Of a DNA stretch of 64,000 nt, positions 28,686-37,211 are shown piece after piece. Within the stretch, counting starts at the first letter, position 1, and each line of letters begins with the position of its first letter. This DNA is from Planctomycetota bacterium (lineage in GTDB: Bacteria; Planctomycetota; Planctomycetia; Pirellulales; UBA1268). The notes beneath the pieces are model-generated. The model was not told where the DNA came from and ran no database searches. It saw nothing but the letters and a program-made list of their open reading frames with translations. The stretch covers positions 68,525-132,524 of the forward strand of contig JANNSZ010000033.1 in the NCBI GenBank assembly GCA_031403195.1, written 5' to 3'. The translations under genes were made by a program, and so were the position numbers.

Positions 28686-29923
28686 CGCTACCCCTCACAC
28701 TCACTGCTGTGCGGGATGCCCACAAACGGATCGCGTCGGGCATCCTGCGAACCCCGTGCCCCGCGAGCGTTCCGCTCTCGGAGCTCACCGGTCTCCCCAT
28801 CTTCTGCAAGCTCGACCTGCTCCAGAGAACCGGCAGCTTCAAAGAGCGCGGCGCAAGGAACGCCTTGCTCTTGCTCGACGAGCCCCAGCGACGGCGGGGC
28901 GTGATTGCGGCGTCGGCTGGAAACCATGCGCTTGGCCTGTGCTACCACGGCGGCATGCTCGGGACTCCGGTGACGGTCGTGATGCCGCGATTTGCCCCAC
29001 TGGTCAAGGTAGCAACCTGCCGGCGGCTCGGCGGCCGCGTCATCTTGGAGGGCGATTCGTTCGCCGACGCCCGCGAAGTGGCTCTGGGGATTGCCGAGAA
29101 GGAGAAGCTACAGCTCGTTCACGGTTTCGACGATCCGCATGTCATCGCAGGGCAGGGCACGATGGCCCTCGAGATCCTGGAGGATATTCCGGATGCGGGT
29201 GTGCTCGTCGTGCCGACAGGCGGCGCAGGCCTCCTGGCGGGTGTTGCGATCGTGGCCAAGGCCATGCGGCCAGACATCACCGTTGTGGCCGTTGAGCCCG
29301 CGGCGGCCCCAGCATATTCGGCAGCGCTGACGGCTGGCCGGCCAGTCGCCGTGCCGATCCGACCAACGCTTGCCGATGGCCTCGCCGTGGGCCGCGTAGG
29401 CGAGGTGTCATTTTCATTGGCGGCGCCGCTCGTGGATCGGGTCATCACCGTGGACGACGAAGCTATTTCACTGGCTGTCGTGCGCCTCTTGGAGCTCGAG
29501 AAACTGGTCGTTGAAGGCGCGGCTGCCGCAGCGCTGGCGGCGGTGATGATGACACCGGATCTGGGAGCGGGATCGCGGCCCGTCGTGCTCCTGCTCTGTG
29601 GCGGCAACATTGACCTGACGATGCTCGACCGCGTGATTGACCACGGGCTCGCAGCGGACGGACGGCGATGGCGGTTCGTCACGCGGATCAGCGACCGCCC
29701 CGGTGGAGTGGCCCGCCTCGCCACGGTGATCGCGGGCACCGGCGCGAGTATCCGCGAGATCGTGCACGACCGTCAGTTTGCCGGCGCCGATGCGTTCTCG
29801 ACCGGTGTCGAAGTCACCGTCGAGACCGCCGATCGGGCACACGCCGCGGCCCTTGTCGAACGGCTGACGGCCGAAGGCTTTTCGGTCGCAGCCGCACCCG
29901 GGATGGACCGGGTGCCTGGCTGA
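28682..29923 (+). CDS. ilvA: threonine ammonia-lyase (threonine dehydratase)
   Basis: ATGA overlap with the HAD gene. PLP-lysine motif LLQRTGSFKERGARN, Gly-rich loop PTGGAGLLAG, and a C-terminal ACT-like regulatory domain. Confidence 0.9.
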   Translation: MTLPLTLTAVRDAHKRIASGILRTPCPASVPLSELTGLPIFCKLDLLQRTGSFKERGARNALLLLDEPQRRRGVIAASAGNHALGLCYHGGMLGTPVTVVMPRFAPLVKVATCRRLGGRVILEGDSFADAREVALGIAEKEKLQLVHGFDDPHVIAGQGTMALEILEDIPDAGVLVVPTGGAGLLAGVAIVAKAMRPDITVVAVEPAAAPAYSAALTAGRPVAVPIRPTLADGLAVGRVGEVSFSLAAPLVDRVITVDDEAISLAVVRLLELEKLVVEGAAAAALAAVMMTPDLGAGSRPVVLLLCGGNIDLTMLDRVIDHGLAADGRRWRFVTRISDRPGGVARLATVIAGTGASIREIVHDRQFAGADAFSTGVEVTVETADRAHAAALVERLTAEGFSVAAAPGMDRVPG

Positions 29924-29967
29924 CCCCCGTGTGTAACACGCGGCAGGAAAGTACGCCCTAACTGTCG

Positions 29968-30064
29968 GTGGAAAAAGCCCTCCATGGCCTTTTTTCACTC
30001 GGCCGACGATGGAAAAGCCGAGGTTTTCCATCGTCGGCAGTCGCCGCATGGTGCGGCGGCAGAC
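29968..30064 (+). repeat. REP-like three-hairpin intergenic element, copy A1
   Basis: The central hairpin has a 15-bp perfect stem, GCCGACGATGGAAAA / loop GCCGAGG / TTTTCCATCGTCGGC (30002-30038). It is flanked by hairpins AAAGCC..GGCCTTT and GCCGCA-TGG-TGCGGC. Related to the copies at 30516, 53299 and 53446. Confidence 0.75.
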
Positions 30065-30424
30065 CTTTTCCACAGTCCGCTAACCGGTGGCAGGCGAGCC
30101 ACGTGGCAAACCTTGCCGCTTGAGCAGCCAAGAACAGCCCCCGTGAAATTCCTGCCGCCCGATGGCGGCTCGTTCCGATCCCCTACTGATGCGGCTTGAG
30201 GCTGGAAGCTGCTCGACGACTGGAGTGTCGCACATGAATACACCCGTCCACGGCCTTCACGCGGAACCGCCGCGTTCTGCGTCACCTCTCTCGCCCGAAT
30301 CCCTCCGCGAACGCGAGCGACTTCGTCGCGAGCTGTTACGACGGATCGTGGATCGAGAGTCGAGGAGACAATCCGCCCGCGGCCTGCTCAGGTAGACATC
30401 CCGCACACCGCGAGGAAGGCAGCC

Positions 30425-31672
30425 ATGTCACGCACGCGTGGAGCCCGCCTCGGTTGCGGCGGCCAAAACGAGCTTGGCCGTACACGCCGCGGTGTGTTCG
30501 TTCAACTGTTTGCCCGTGAAAAAAGCCATCCATGGCCTTTTTCCCCTTGGACGACCGATGGAAAAGCCGAGGTTTTCCATGGTCGGCGACCGCCGCTTCC
30601 TGCGGCGAGAGACTCTATCCGCACCCTCGTAGTCCTCGTGGCCGCGGGGCTCGCGACATCGGTGGCGCATGGCCAGACAGTGCCATGGGGCTGGGAACCT
30701 GCCAGCCAAACGACGGCTGCCTGGACGCCCGAAAATCTCGCCGACTACCTCCTCACCGGTCAGACGCCACGCCCGGCGGTGGCACGGATCATCGCCCCTG
30801 AGCAATCGAGCACGTCGCTTGGCTCGGGCGTGCTTGTCGACATCAACCGAAACCAAGGTCTCGTCCTCACCAACTGGCACGTCGTTCGAGACAGTCGCTC
30901 CGCCGTGCTGGTGCAGTTTCCCAATGGTTTCCAGTCGGCCGGCACCGTCATCCGGTGGGACGAGGCCTGGGACTTGGCGGCACTCGTCATCTGGAAGCCT
31001 GATGCCACGCCGATTCAGATCGCAGCGGCGCCGCCTGCCATCGGAGAACCCCTCACGATCGCCGGCTTCGGCCGCGGCCCCTACCGCGAGGAGACCGGAC
31101 CATGCACGGAGTATCTCTCTCCCGGCACAGGACAACCCCAGGAGCTCGTCGAGCTCCAAGCTCGCGCCCGTCAGGGGGATTCTGGTGGGCCCATCTTCAA
31201 CGCCCGCGGCGAGCTCGCCGGCGTGCTTTTTGGCGAGAGCGATGGCCACACGATCGGAAGCTGCTCGGCACGGGTTCGGACCTTTCTGGCAACGGTCGGT
31301 TCGCGTGGGTTTGTCCCGACACCGATCGCCGAGTTTTCGGACGCCCGCGCGGTCGATCGGGGCATTGGTCAAGCCGCCCTGCCGCAGGCGATGGCCGACA
31401 CGAGCGACGTGCCCACGCGGCGTTCGACCCAGGTTGACTCGGCCCCTGCGCTTCCGGCATCAATAGCGCAGGCCGTGGTGACACCAATACAGCCCGAAGC
31501 CGGTATCGCCGCGCCACTGAGCCCCCAGGCTCCTCCAAGCGATTGGTTTGGCTGGGCCTCCGGAACGGCTCGCCGGCCCGATTTCCTGGCCACGGCCGGA
31601 GGAGTTGCGCTCATCATCCTCGGCCTACGGGTGCTGCTCGGCGGAAACCCCCGCCGAGAACCTGTGGCCTGA
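30425..31672 (+). CDS. trypsin-like (S1/ChyA-fold) serine protease, membrane/secreted; start uncertain
   Basis: Protease core: GSGVLVDINRNQGLVLTNWHVV (His), WDLAALVI (Asp), GDSGGPIFNARGELAGVLFG (Ser). Signal/anchor is TLVVLVAAGLATSVAHGQ, with a C-terminal TM. The annotated 5' end runs through repeat copy A2. Confidence 0.72.
   Translation: MSRTRGARLGCGGQNELGRTRRGVFVQLFAREKSHPWPFSPWTTDGKAEVFHGRRPPLPAARDSIRTLVVLVAAGLATSVAHGQTVPWGWEPASQTTAAWTPENLADYLLTGQTPRPAVARIIAPEQSSTSLGSGVLVDINRNQGLVLTNWHVVRDSRSAVLVQFPNGFQSAGTVIRWDEAWDLAALVIWKPDATPIQIAAAPPAIGEPLTIAGFGRGPYREETGPCTEYLSPGTGQPQELVELQARARQGDSGGPIFNARGELAGVLFGESDGHTIGSCSARVRTFLATVGSRGFVPTPIAEFSDARAVDRGIGQAALPQAMADTSDVPTRRSTQVDSAPALPASIAQAVVTPIQPEAGIAAPLSPQAPPSDWFGWASGTARRPDFLATAGGVALIILGLRVLLGGNPRREPVA
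30516..30613 (+). repeat. REP-like three-hairpin intergenic element, copy A2
   Basis: Same architecture and orientation as A1 (GTGAAAAAAGCCATCCATGGCCTTTTT...GATGGAAAAGCCGAGGTTTTCCATGGTCGG...CGCCGCTTCCTGCGGCG). It lies inside the 5' part of ORF 30425..31672. Confidence 0.75.
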
Positions 31673-31690
31673 TCGACCGCATGCGAATCA

Positions 31691-32230
31691 TCACCGCTTC
31701 GGCACTTTCTTGACGGTCGCCTTTTCGATCACGACCGGAGTGGCGGGACGATCTTGCGCTCCGGTGCGCACGTTGCCAATTGTTTGGACGACCGCGAGGC
31801 TCTCGGCGTCAGCCGTCCGGCCAAACGCCGTGTATCCGCGGTCGAGGTGGGTCACTCGCTCAAGGCAAATGAAGAACTGGCTTCCCGCCGAATCTGGATC
31901 GCTCGTGCGGGCCATCGAGAGCACGCCAGGCTCATGCGGCGTCGCGTTGAACTCCGCGGGGATCGTGTAACCAGGTCCGCCAGTGCCCGTCCCCTGCGGG
32001 CAGCCCCCCTGGATCATGAATCCTTTGATGATGCGGTGAAATGAGCCGCCGTCGTAGAACCCGCTCTCGGCGAGGGCCACCATGTTCCGGACGTGGCCTG
32101 GCGCCAGGGCCGAGTCGAGGGCGAGCCTGATCTTCCCGAGAGACGTTTCCAGGGTGATCTCGTAGTCGAATCCATCAAGGTCGACCTCACGGGAGGCCTT
32201 CTGGAGGACGGCGGCGGATGGTTTGGGCAT
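31691..32230 (-). CDS. ppiB: peptidyl-prolyl cis-trans isomerase, cyclophilin type
   Basis: Internal ATG at 32230. Cyclophilin motifs FHRIIKGFMIQGGCPQGTGTGGPGYTIPAEF and SAGSQFFICL. Confidence 0.9.
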   Translation of the reverse strand: MPKPSAAVLQKASREVDLDGFDYEITLETSLGKIRLALDSALAPGHVRNMVALAESGFYDGGSFHRIIKGFMIQGGCPQGTGTGGPGYTIPAEFNATPHEPGVLSMARTSDPDSAGSQFFICLERVTHLDRGYTAFGRTADAESLAVVQTIGNVRTGAQDRPATPVVIEKATVKKVPKR

Positions 32231-32305
32231 GCGAGGCTCCTGGGATACGGGACGGAAGGGGGCGGGTTTGCCGCGTCGCCACGGGGGGCCGATACTCCAA
32301 GGGCA

Positions 32306-33562
32306 ATGGGTACCGAATCCACGGGACGAACCGCCGCAGACGATCTCGCCGGACGGAGGCTGGGAGGTTACCGGCTGCTGCGCCTGCTGGGAAGTGGCGG
32401 CATGGCCGACGTGTACCTGGCGGAGCAGACGTCTCTCGGTCGGCACGTGGCGGTCAAGGTGCTGCGGCCTGAGACGCTCCGGCATCCCGGAGCCGTTGAG
32501 CGGTTTGAGCAAGAGGCTCGTGCGGCCGCCGCGCTTGTCCACGGTCATATCGTGCAGGTCCACGAGGTGGCATGCCTCGACGGCCTGCACTTCCTCGCCG
32601 AGGAGTATGTGGCCGGGCCATCCCTGAAAGACTGGCTCGATCGCCGCGGGCCGCTCGATGCAGCTCAGGCTTTGACGGTGCTGGCCCAGGTCGGTTCGGC
32701 GCTCGTTCGGGCCGCTCAGCAAGGCATCGTTCATCGCGACATCAAACCGGAGAATCTGCTCGTCACGCCCACGGGCGACGTGAAAGTTGCCGACTTTGGC
32801 TTGGCGCGGCTTACGTCAGACGATCTCGCACTCACACGGGACGGAATGACCCTTGGCACGCCGCTCTACATCAGCCCCGAACAGGGTGAGGGCCGCACGG
32901 TTGATGCTCGAAGTGACCTCTATTCGCTCGGCGCGACGGTCTACCATCTTCTCGCCGGCCGGCCTCCGTTCAGCGGGAACTCGGTGGTGGCGGTCATCAT
33001 GGCGCATATCAAGGAGCCGTTGCCGAAGCTGAGTGGGTTGCGGCCGGAGCTCTCGGCGGGCCTGTGTGGCATCATTGAGCGGCTGCTCGCCAAGGAGCCA
33101 GCCCATCGTTTTGCATCACCGCAAGAGCTTCTTCAGGCCGTCGGTGACCTTGAGCGGCAGCTCGGTCTTTCACACCGTCACGGCGAGTCACCGCTTGCGT
33201 GGGATGGCGCCGACTCCAGCCTCTTCAAGCCTGTTCCACCCGCCGCCCGGACGGGAGCAGACGCAGCGACCGTGCCTGCCCGCGCTCATGGGATCACGAC
33301 CCGCTTGCACGAGGCCACCGTCCAACTCGAAACCGTAAACGAGCAGGCGCGGGAACGGCTGGTGGAGCGGCGGCGCTTCTGGATGCTCGTGGCCGCAGGG
33401 GTCGCGGGAGCTGTCGCGGCGGGCTTCGTGGCCGGTCGGTTCAAGCCCAAGCGGTCGACGCTCTTTCGCCCGCGGAGTGAACGCTTGGCACGAAGTGCCT
33501 GGGCTCGGCGCCGCAAAATCGCGTCAATCGGCAGCGTTGGGACGGGGGTCAAGCTGGCTTGA
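32306..33562 (+). CDS. Ser/Thr protein kinase with C-terminal TM segment
   Basis: Internal ATG at 32306. Kinase motifs: G-loop LGSGGMADVY, VAVKVL, HRDIKPENLL, DFGLAR, SPEQ. A TM (FWMLVAAGVAGAVAAGFVAG) lies near the C-terminus. Confidence 0.85.
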   Translation: MGTESTGRTAADDLAGRRLGGYRLLRLLGSGGMADVYLAEQTSLGRHVAVKVLRPETLRHPGAVERFEQEARAAAALVHGHIVQVHEVACLDGLHFLAEEYVAGPSLKDWLDRRGPLDAAQALTVLAQVGSALVRAAQQGIVHRDIKPENLLVTPTGDVKVADFGLARLTSDDLALTRDGMTLGTPLYISPEQGEGRTVDARSDLYSLGATVYHLLAGRPPFSGNSVVAVIMAHIKEPLPKLSGLRPELSAGLCGIIERLLAKEPAHRFASPQELLQAVGDLERQLGLSHRHGESPLAWDGADSSLFKPVPPAARTGADAATVPARAHGITTRLHEATVQLETVNEQARERLVERRRFWMLVAAGVAGAVAAGFVAGRFKPKRSTLFRPRSERLARSAWARRRKIASIGSVGTGVKLA

Positions 33563-33596
33563 CTCGCCCGCCGACAGTGCTAGAAACAGGTCATAT

Positions 33597-33669
33597 GCCC
33601 CCATCGTCTAGTGGCCCAGGACGTCGGGTTCTCAATCCGAAAACCGGGGTTCGACTCCCCGTGGGGGTA
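33597..33669 (+). tRNA. tRNA-Glu (anticodon CUC)
   Basis: Hand-folded cloverleaf: GCCCCCA TC GTCT AGTGGCCCA GGAC G TCGGG TTCTCAA TCCGA AAAC CGGGG TTCGACT CCCCG TGGGGGT A. Anticodon CTC is at 33631-33633. CCA is not encoded. Closely parallels E. coli tRNA-Glu. Confidence 0.9.
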
Positions 33670-33675
33670 TCTGAC

Positions 33676-33721
33676 AACGGCCGTGTCTCCCGTGATGGGG
33701 GTGACGCGGCCGTTTCGCTTT
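33676..33721 (+). terminator. hairpin + T-rich tail downstream of tRNA-Glu
   Basis: AACGGCCG (33676-33683) pairs with CGGCCGTT (33707-33714), and inner pairing extends the stem. The tail is TTTCGCTTTCC. Confidence 0.45.
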
Positions 33722-33746
33722 CCGAATCGAAGAGGAGGCCGGGGGT

Positions 33747-34328
33747 ATGCGTTGGGCATTACTTTTGATTGTCGCAGCGATATGCCCAGGGCACCTGCGG
33801 GCCGATGACACACAGATGATCAAAGCGTCCGAGGCGACGGCTGATCAGGATGCAGGCCGCGATCGCGGCCGTGTGTATCGTTTAGATCTGGCCTCGGAGA
33901 CCCTCGAGCCCGTGCCTTCACAATCGCTGCGTCCAGGTCATGTGTACTCCCGCTTCGACTCAGCGAATGGCCGCTGGGCATGGAGCAAGGCCGATGCGAC
34001 GGGCGGACTTCGCTACGCCATGGGTGAGGGCACCGTCCAGCCGGCGAGAATGTTTGACCTCCGTGGCACAGACGCCGAGCGACAGCGGATCCTCGAGGAG
34101 CGAGCTCCAGAGCTCGCGAGGCTGCTGACGATCCAGGGTGCCAGGCCGATGCTGAAGCTCGATGCCACGGGCCGCTGGGGCATCGGACCAACTCCGAGCG
34201 TCTCGAGCGTGTACGACACGAGCACCCGCGAGCGATGGGAATGGCACGCTGACGAACCATCCCGTGTGACGCACGTAGGCGGCCGCCGGTGGGATGTTGT
34301 GGATGGCCGCTTCGTGCCCGGCGGCTGA
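33747..34328 (+). CDS. hypothetical secreted protein
   Basis: Signal peptide MRWALLLIVAAICPGHLRA. No family recognised. Confidence 0.55.
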   Translation: MRWALLLIVAAICPGHLRADDTQMIKASEATADQDAGRDRGRVYRLDLASETLEPVPSQSLRPGHVYSRFDSANGRWAWSKADATGGLRYAMGEGTVQPARMFDLRGTDAERQRILEERAPELARLLTIQGARPMLKLDATGRWGIGPTPSVSSVYDTSTRERWEWHADEPSRVTHVGGRRWDVVDGRFVPGG

Positions 34329-34352
34329 CACGACCACGACGGCAAGGCCCCG

Positions 34353-36047
34353 CTAGGCGGAGTAAAACTCGCGGGTCGGGTCAGGCGTCGCACCTTCGGG
34401 TGTGACATCACTCTCGATGTCGAACCACTCCTTCTGAAACTCGATCCGCGATTGGGTCGTCGGATTCGCTAGGGCAATGTTGCTCACAAGCGCGATGACC
34501 GCGTCGGCGATGGCCACCTCCGGCTTACACCGCGGCTGGTTCTCGGGAGAGGGATTGCGAATGCACCAAGCCCAGTGCTCCATCTCTTCGGTATAGCCTC
34601 GCGACGGAGGGCCGTCGCCGCCACCGGCCGCCGCGGCCAGGGCTGGTCCAGCGCCGCTTTCCGTTGTATCGAGCACGTTCGCCCCGTCCTTCTTCGCGGC
34701 CACGGTCACGCGAGTATCTTTCTCGGCCCCCTTGTAGAGCATCACATCCTGCTCTTGCTCGAGCAGCAGGGTGCCTTCCGTGCCCATCACGACCTCGCCA
34801 TACCCACCGAAGCCGTTGCCGTTAATGGATGAATAGGTGACCACGATCTTCTTGTTTGGATCGGCCACTTTCCCGGCGTCGTCGAAGTAACCGGGCGCGG
34901 GATACTCGTACATGCAGTAGACGTGATCGTCGATCTCGCGATCGGCAGGAAAAATGCTCCGGTTGCCGACGGCCATCACGGTCAGCGGCTTGACCTTCTT
35001 TCCCTTGCCGTGGGTCGCCGACACGAAGATGCCAGCAGCGTCGAGTTGGTGGCTCCCCAGTTCGGCCATGAGGCCACCACCGGTCCGCTGCCAGAGCCTC
35101 CAGCGGATGAGCTCTTCGAGCGGGGTTCGGGTGGAGCCGTCGGGAAGCGTCGATGACGTGTAGCCAAACTTGGCGGCATCCACGCTCGCGTCGAGGAGTT
35201 GATTCTCCGCCTGGGCGATCCGTTTGCGGAGCGCTTCGATGTCGGAGGGCTTCGCGGCGACGAGCGACTTCTTCAAGGTGCCAAGATCCTTGACGAGCTT
35301 TTCGTCTCCCGGCATCAACGGCTTCCAGGAATCCTTGCCGGGAAGGTTTCCACGGTGCCACTGTGCCCGAATTGAATGGACCTTCCCAATCAATCCAGCG
35401 GTGCCGATCGTGTGCACGGCATTGTCGTACAGGATGCTGTAGTGCCGCTGGTGTCCGGTGGCCAGGATCTTCCCAGTCTCACGGGAGACACGCCCCATCT
35501 CTTTGCATTCCCGCACACTGTGCCCCATGAGCTTCTCGGTGAGCACATGCTTTCCGGCTCGCATGGCCTTGACCGATGCCACCGAGTGGAGATGGAGCGG
35601 CAGTGCGATGATCACGGCCTCGACATCGGGATCGGCGAGAAGATCCTCGTAGGCCTCGTACACCTTCACGTTCCTACGGGCCGCGTCTTCGCTCGTCCAG
35701 CCATACTTTGCCATGAGTCCTGGGCGGGCCTTCGTGGCGCTCGGACTCGACGCATCGCCATGAAACGCGCGGAAACGGTTGTAGGGACGAATGTCTGCAA
35801 TCCCGACCACATTGATGTAGTCAGGGTTGATCGCCCCGATCAGGACGCCCCCCTCGTCACCCGTTCCGAGCACGCCGACGCGAAGCGGATCGCCCACGCT
35901 CTTGCCGTATCCGAAATAGAGTGAGCCCAGGCCGGCCCCGGCGGCAATGCCAGCGGTGATGCCCGTCAGGAAATCACGGCGGGTGATTCCCACGGCGTCG
36001 GCAAAATTTTCCTTGCCGACCTTTTTCTGCTGTTCGTTCAAGTTCAT
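34353..36047 (-). CDS. Gfo/Idh/MocA-family oxidoreductase with twin-arginine (Tat) signal
   Basis: Tat motif TRRDFLTGITAGIAAGAG. Rossmann segment LRVGVLGTGDEGG. Typical Gfo/Idh/MocA N-terminal domain (AVIIALPLHLH). Confidence 0.88.
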   Translation of the reverse strand: MNLNEQQKKVGKENFADAVGITRRDFLTGITAGIAAGAGLGSLYFGYGKSVGDPLRVGVLGTGDEGGVLIGAINPDYINVVGIADIRPYNRFRAFHGDASSPSATKARPGLMAKYGWTSEDAARRNVKVYEAYEDLLADPDVEAVIIALPLHLHSVASVKAMRAGKHVLTEKLMGHSVRECKEMGRVSRETGKILATGHQRHYSILYDNAVHTIGTAGLIGKVHSIRAQWHRGNLPGKDSWKPLMPGDEKLVKDLGTLKKSLVAAKPSDIEALRKRIAQAENQLLDASVDAAKFGYTSSTLPDGSTRTPLEELIRWRLWQRTGGGLMAELGSHQLDAAGIFVSATHGKGKKVKPLTVMAVGNRSIFPADREIDDHVYCMYEYPAPGYFDDAGKVADPNKKIVVTYSSINGNGFGGYGEVVMGTEGTLLLEQEQDVMLYKGAEKDTRVTVAAKKDGANVLDTTESGAGPALAAAAGGGDGPPSRGYTEEMEHWAWCIRNPSPENQPRCKPEVAIADAVIALVSNIALANPTTQSRIEFQKEWFDIESDVTPEGATPDPTREFYSA

Positions 36048-36075
36048 CAGTTTACCTCAACTCAGAACGGATGGA

Positions 36076-37020
36076 TCAGGGCGTGCCGTGTGCCGGCGCG
36101 GGAGCAGGGCAACGACAGAGAGGGCAGCAGGATTGCAGCCACGGCTGGGCGAAATAGTCGAGGCCACTCCAGCCGCCGGTGGGCATGGCCGCGATCGCCA
36201 GGAGTGCGGCCAGCTCAACCCACTGGTTGACGGTGGACTGGGCTTCCACCATCCAGAACGGCTGTGTCGCCACGACCGTGAGCAGAAAGCAGGCAGCCCC
36301 CATGGCGTTGAACTTTGTGAAGAGGCCGATCATGAGGCAGCCGCCAATCGTGACGAGCGACCAGCTTACGAAACGATCGGCCTTCCAGAGTGGGCTTCTC
36401 GGCGTGGCAGCAGCGATCCGGCTGCGGGACTCGGGGCTGAGGTCCGCATCCCACGTGGCCTCAAGCCGCCGGCCGATCGCGGTGGCATCGGCCATCCACC
36501 CGGCCGCTTTGCCGGAAAGCTCGCGTCGCTTCTTGGCCACCCGCTCCCGCTCGAAAGGCACCTCCCGCGAGGCAGGCCGCGCCGCGGTTTCGGCCAGCCG
36601 CTGCACCTCGAGCCGGTAGGCCACAAGGTCGGTACGAATGCTGGCAAGCCAGTCGTCGAGATCTGTTCGAGCCGCCTTCAGGGCGCTCTTGGCCGAGGTC
36701 AAGTCGTCGCTCCGCAGCGACGCGATTCGAGCCCGGTCGTCGAGTCGCTTCTGCCAATCGGCTGCAACGCTCGACGCCCAGGCGGTGACGGCATCGTCCA
36801 CAGGACCGCCGTCGGCGGCGCCGATCGTGGCCGACCACCTGCCCGTCTCAGGCAGGAGTGCCTGGTAGCTTTCTGCCAGCGGCCCTACAGCGGCCTTCCG
36901 GAAGCCAACACTCGACCAATTCGGATCGCGGAGATGATTCACGCCTTCCACGAAGAAGTGGAGACCGAGGACGATCCGGAGGAAGGCCAGGGCGATGAGT
37001 GTGAGAAGCGTGGAGCGCAT
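36076..37020 (-). CDS. DoxX-family membrane protein with ~200-aa coiled-coil insertion and Cys-rich C-terminus
   Basis: ATG at 37020 (MRSTLLTLIALAFLRIVLGLHFFVEG, a DoxX-like first helix). A long charged helical insert follows, then three more TMs. The tail is CCPLCRCP. It lies 28 nt upstream of the oxidoreductase on the same strand. Confidence 0.68.
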   Translation of the reverse strand: MRSTLLTLIALAFLRIVLGLHFFVEGVNHLRDPNWSSVGFRKAAVGPLAESYQALLPETGRWSATIGAADGGPVDDAVTAWASSVAADWQKRLDDRARIASLRSDDLTSAKSALKAARTDLDDWLASIRTDLVAYRLEVQRLAETAARPASREVPFERERVAKKRRELSGKAAGWMADATAIGRRLEATWDADLSPESRSRIAAATPRSPLWKADRFVSWSLVTIGGCLMIGLFTKFNAMGAACFLLTVVATQPFWMVEAQSTVNQWVELAALLAIAAMPTGGWSGLDYFAQPWLQSCCPLCRCPAPAPAHGTP

Positions 37021-37211
37021 GGGCCGACAGAATCGGAATGGAGGCAATACCGCTGTGAAGAATCTAGTTGAACCTCGGTTGAACTGGTCGGCAAGCCCTC
37101 GGTGCGAGTTGGTTTTTGGCGGTAGCCAGCCCGGTCGATGGACTGTCCCAAACTCTAGCCGCACAGGCTGACTTGCCAAAAGTCCCGCGCGGAAGCGAAA
37201 ACCAAGCCAGT

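Noticed and set aside
30234-30395. Small ORF between the two A-type repeat copies (MNTPVHGLHAEPPRSASPLSPESLRERERLRRELLRRIVDRESRRQSARGLLR).
   Set aside because: It has no RBS-like sequence, low-complexity Arg/Glu-rich content, and no recognisable family. I cannot tell it apart from chance in GC-rich DNA, so I left it unannotated.
33597-33669. G1-U72 wobble at the top of the tRNA-Glu acceptor stem (and G2-U71 in tRNA-Asp).
   Set aside because: The cloverleaf is otherwise canonical. A single wobble pair in an acceptor stem is within normal variation and does not indicate a pseudogene.
33597-34352. tRNA-Glu and tRNA-Asp (40464-40537) were considered as possible integration sites for genomic islands.
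   Set aside because: There is no integrase, no direct repeat of the tRNA 3' end, and no obvious compositional break next to either tRNA.
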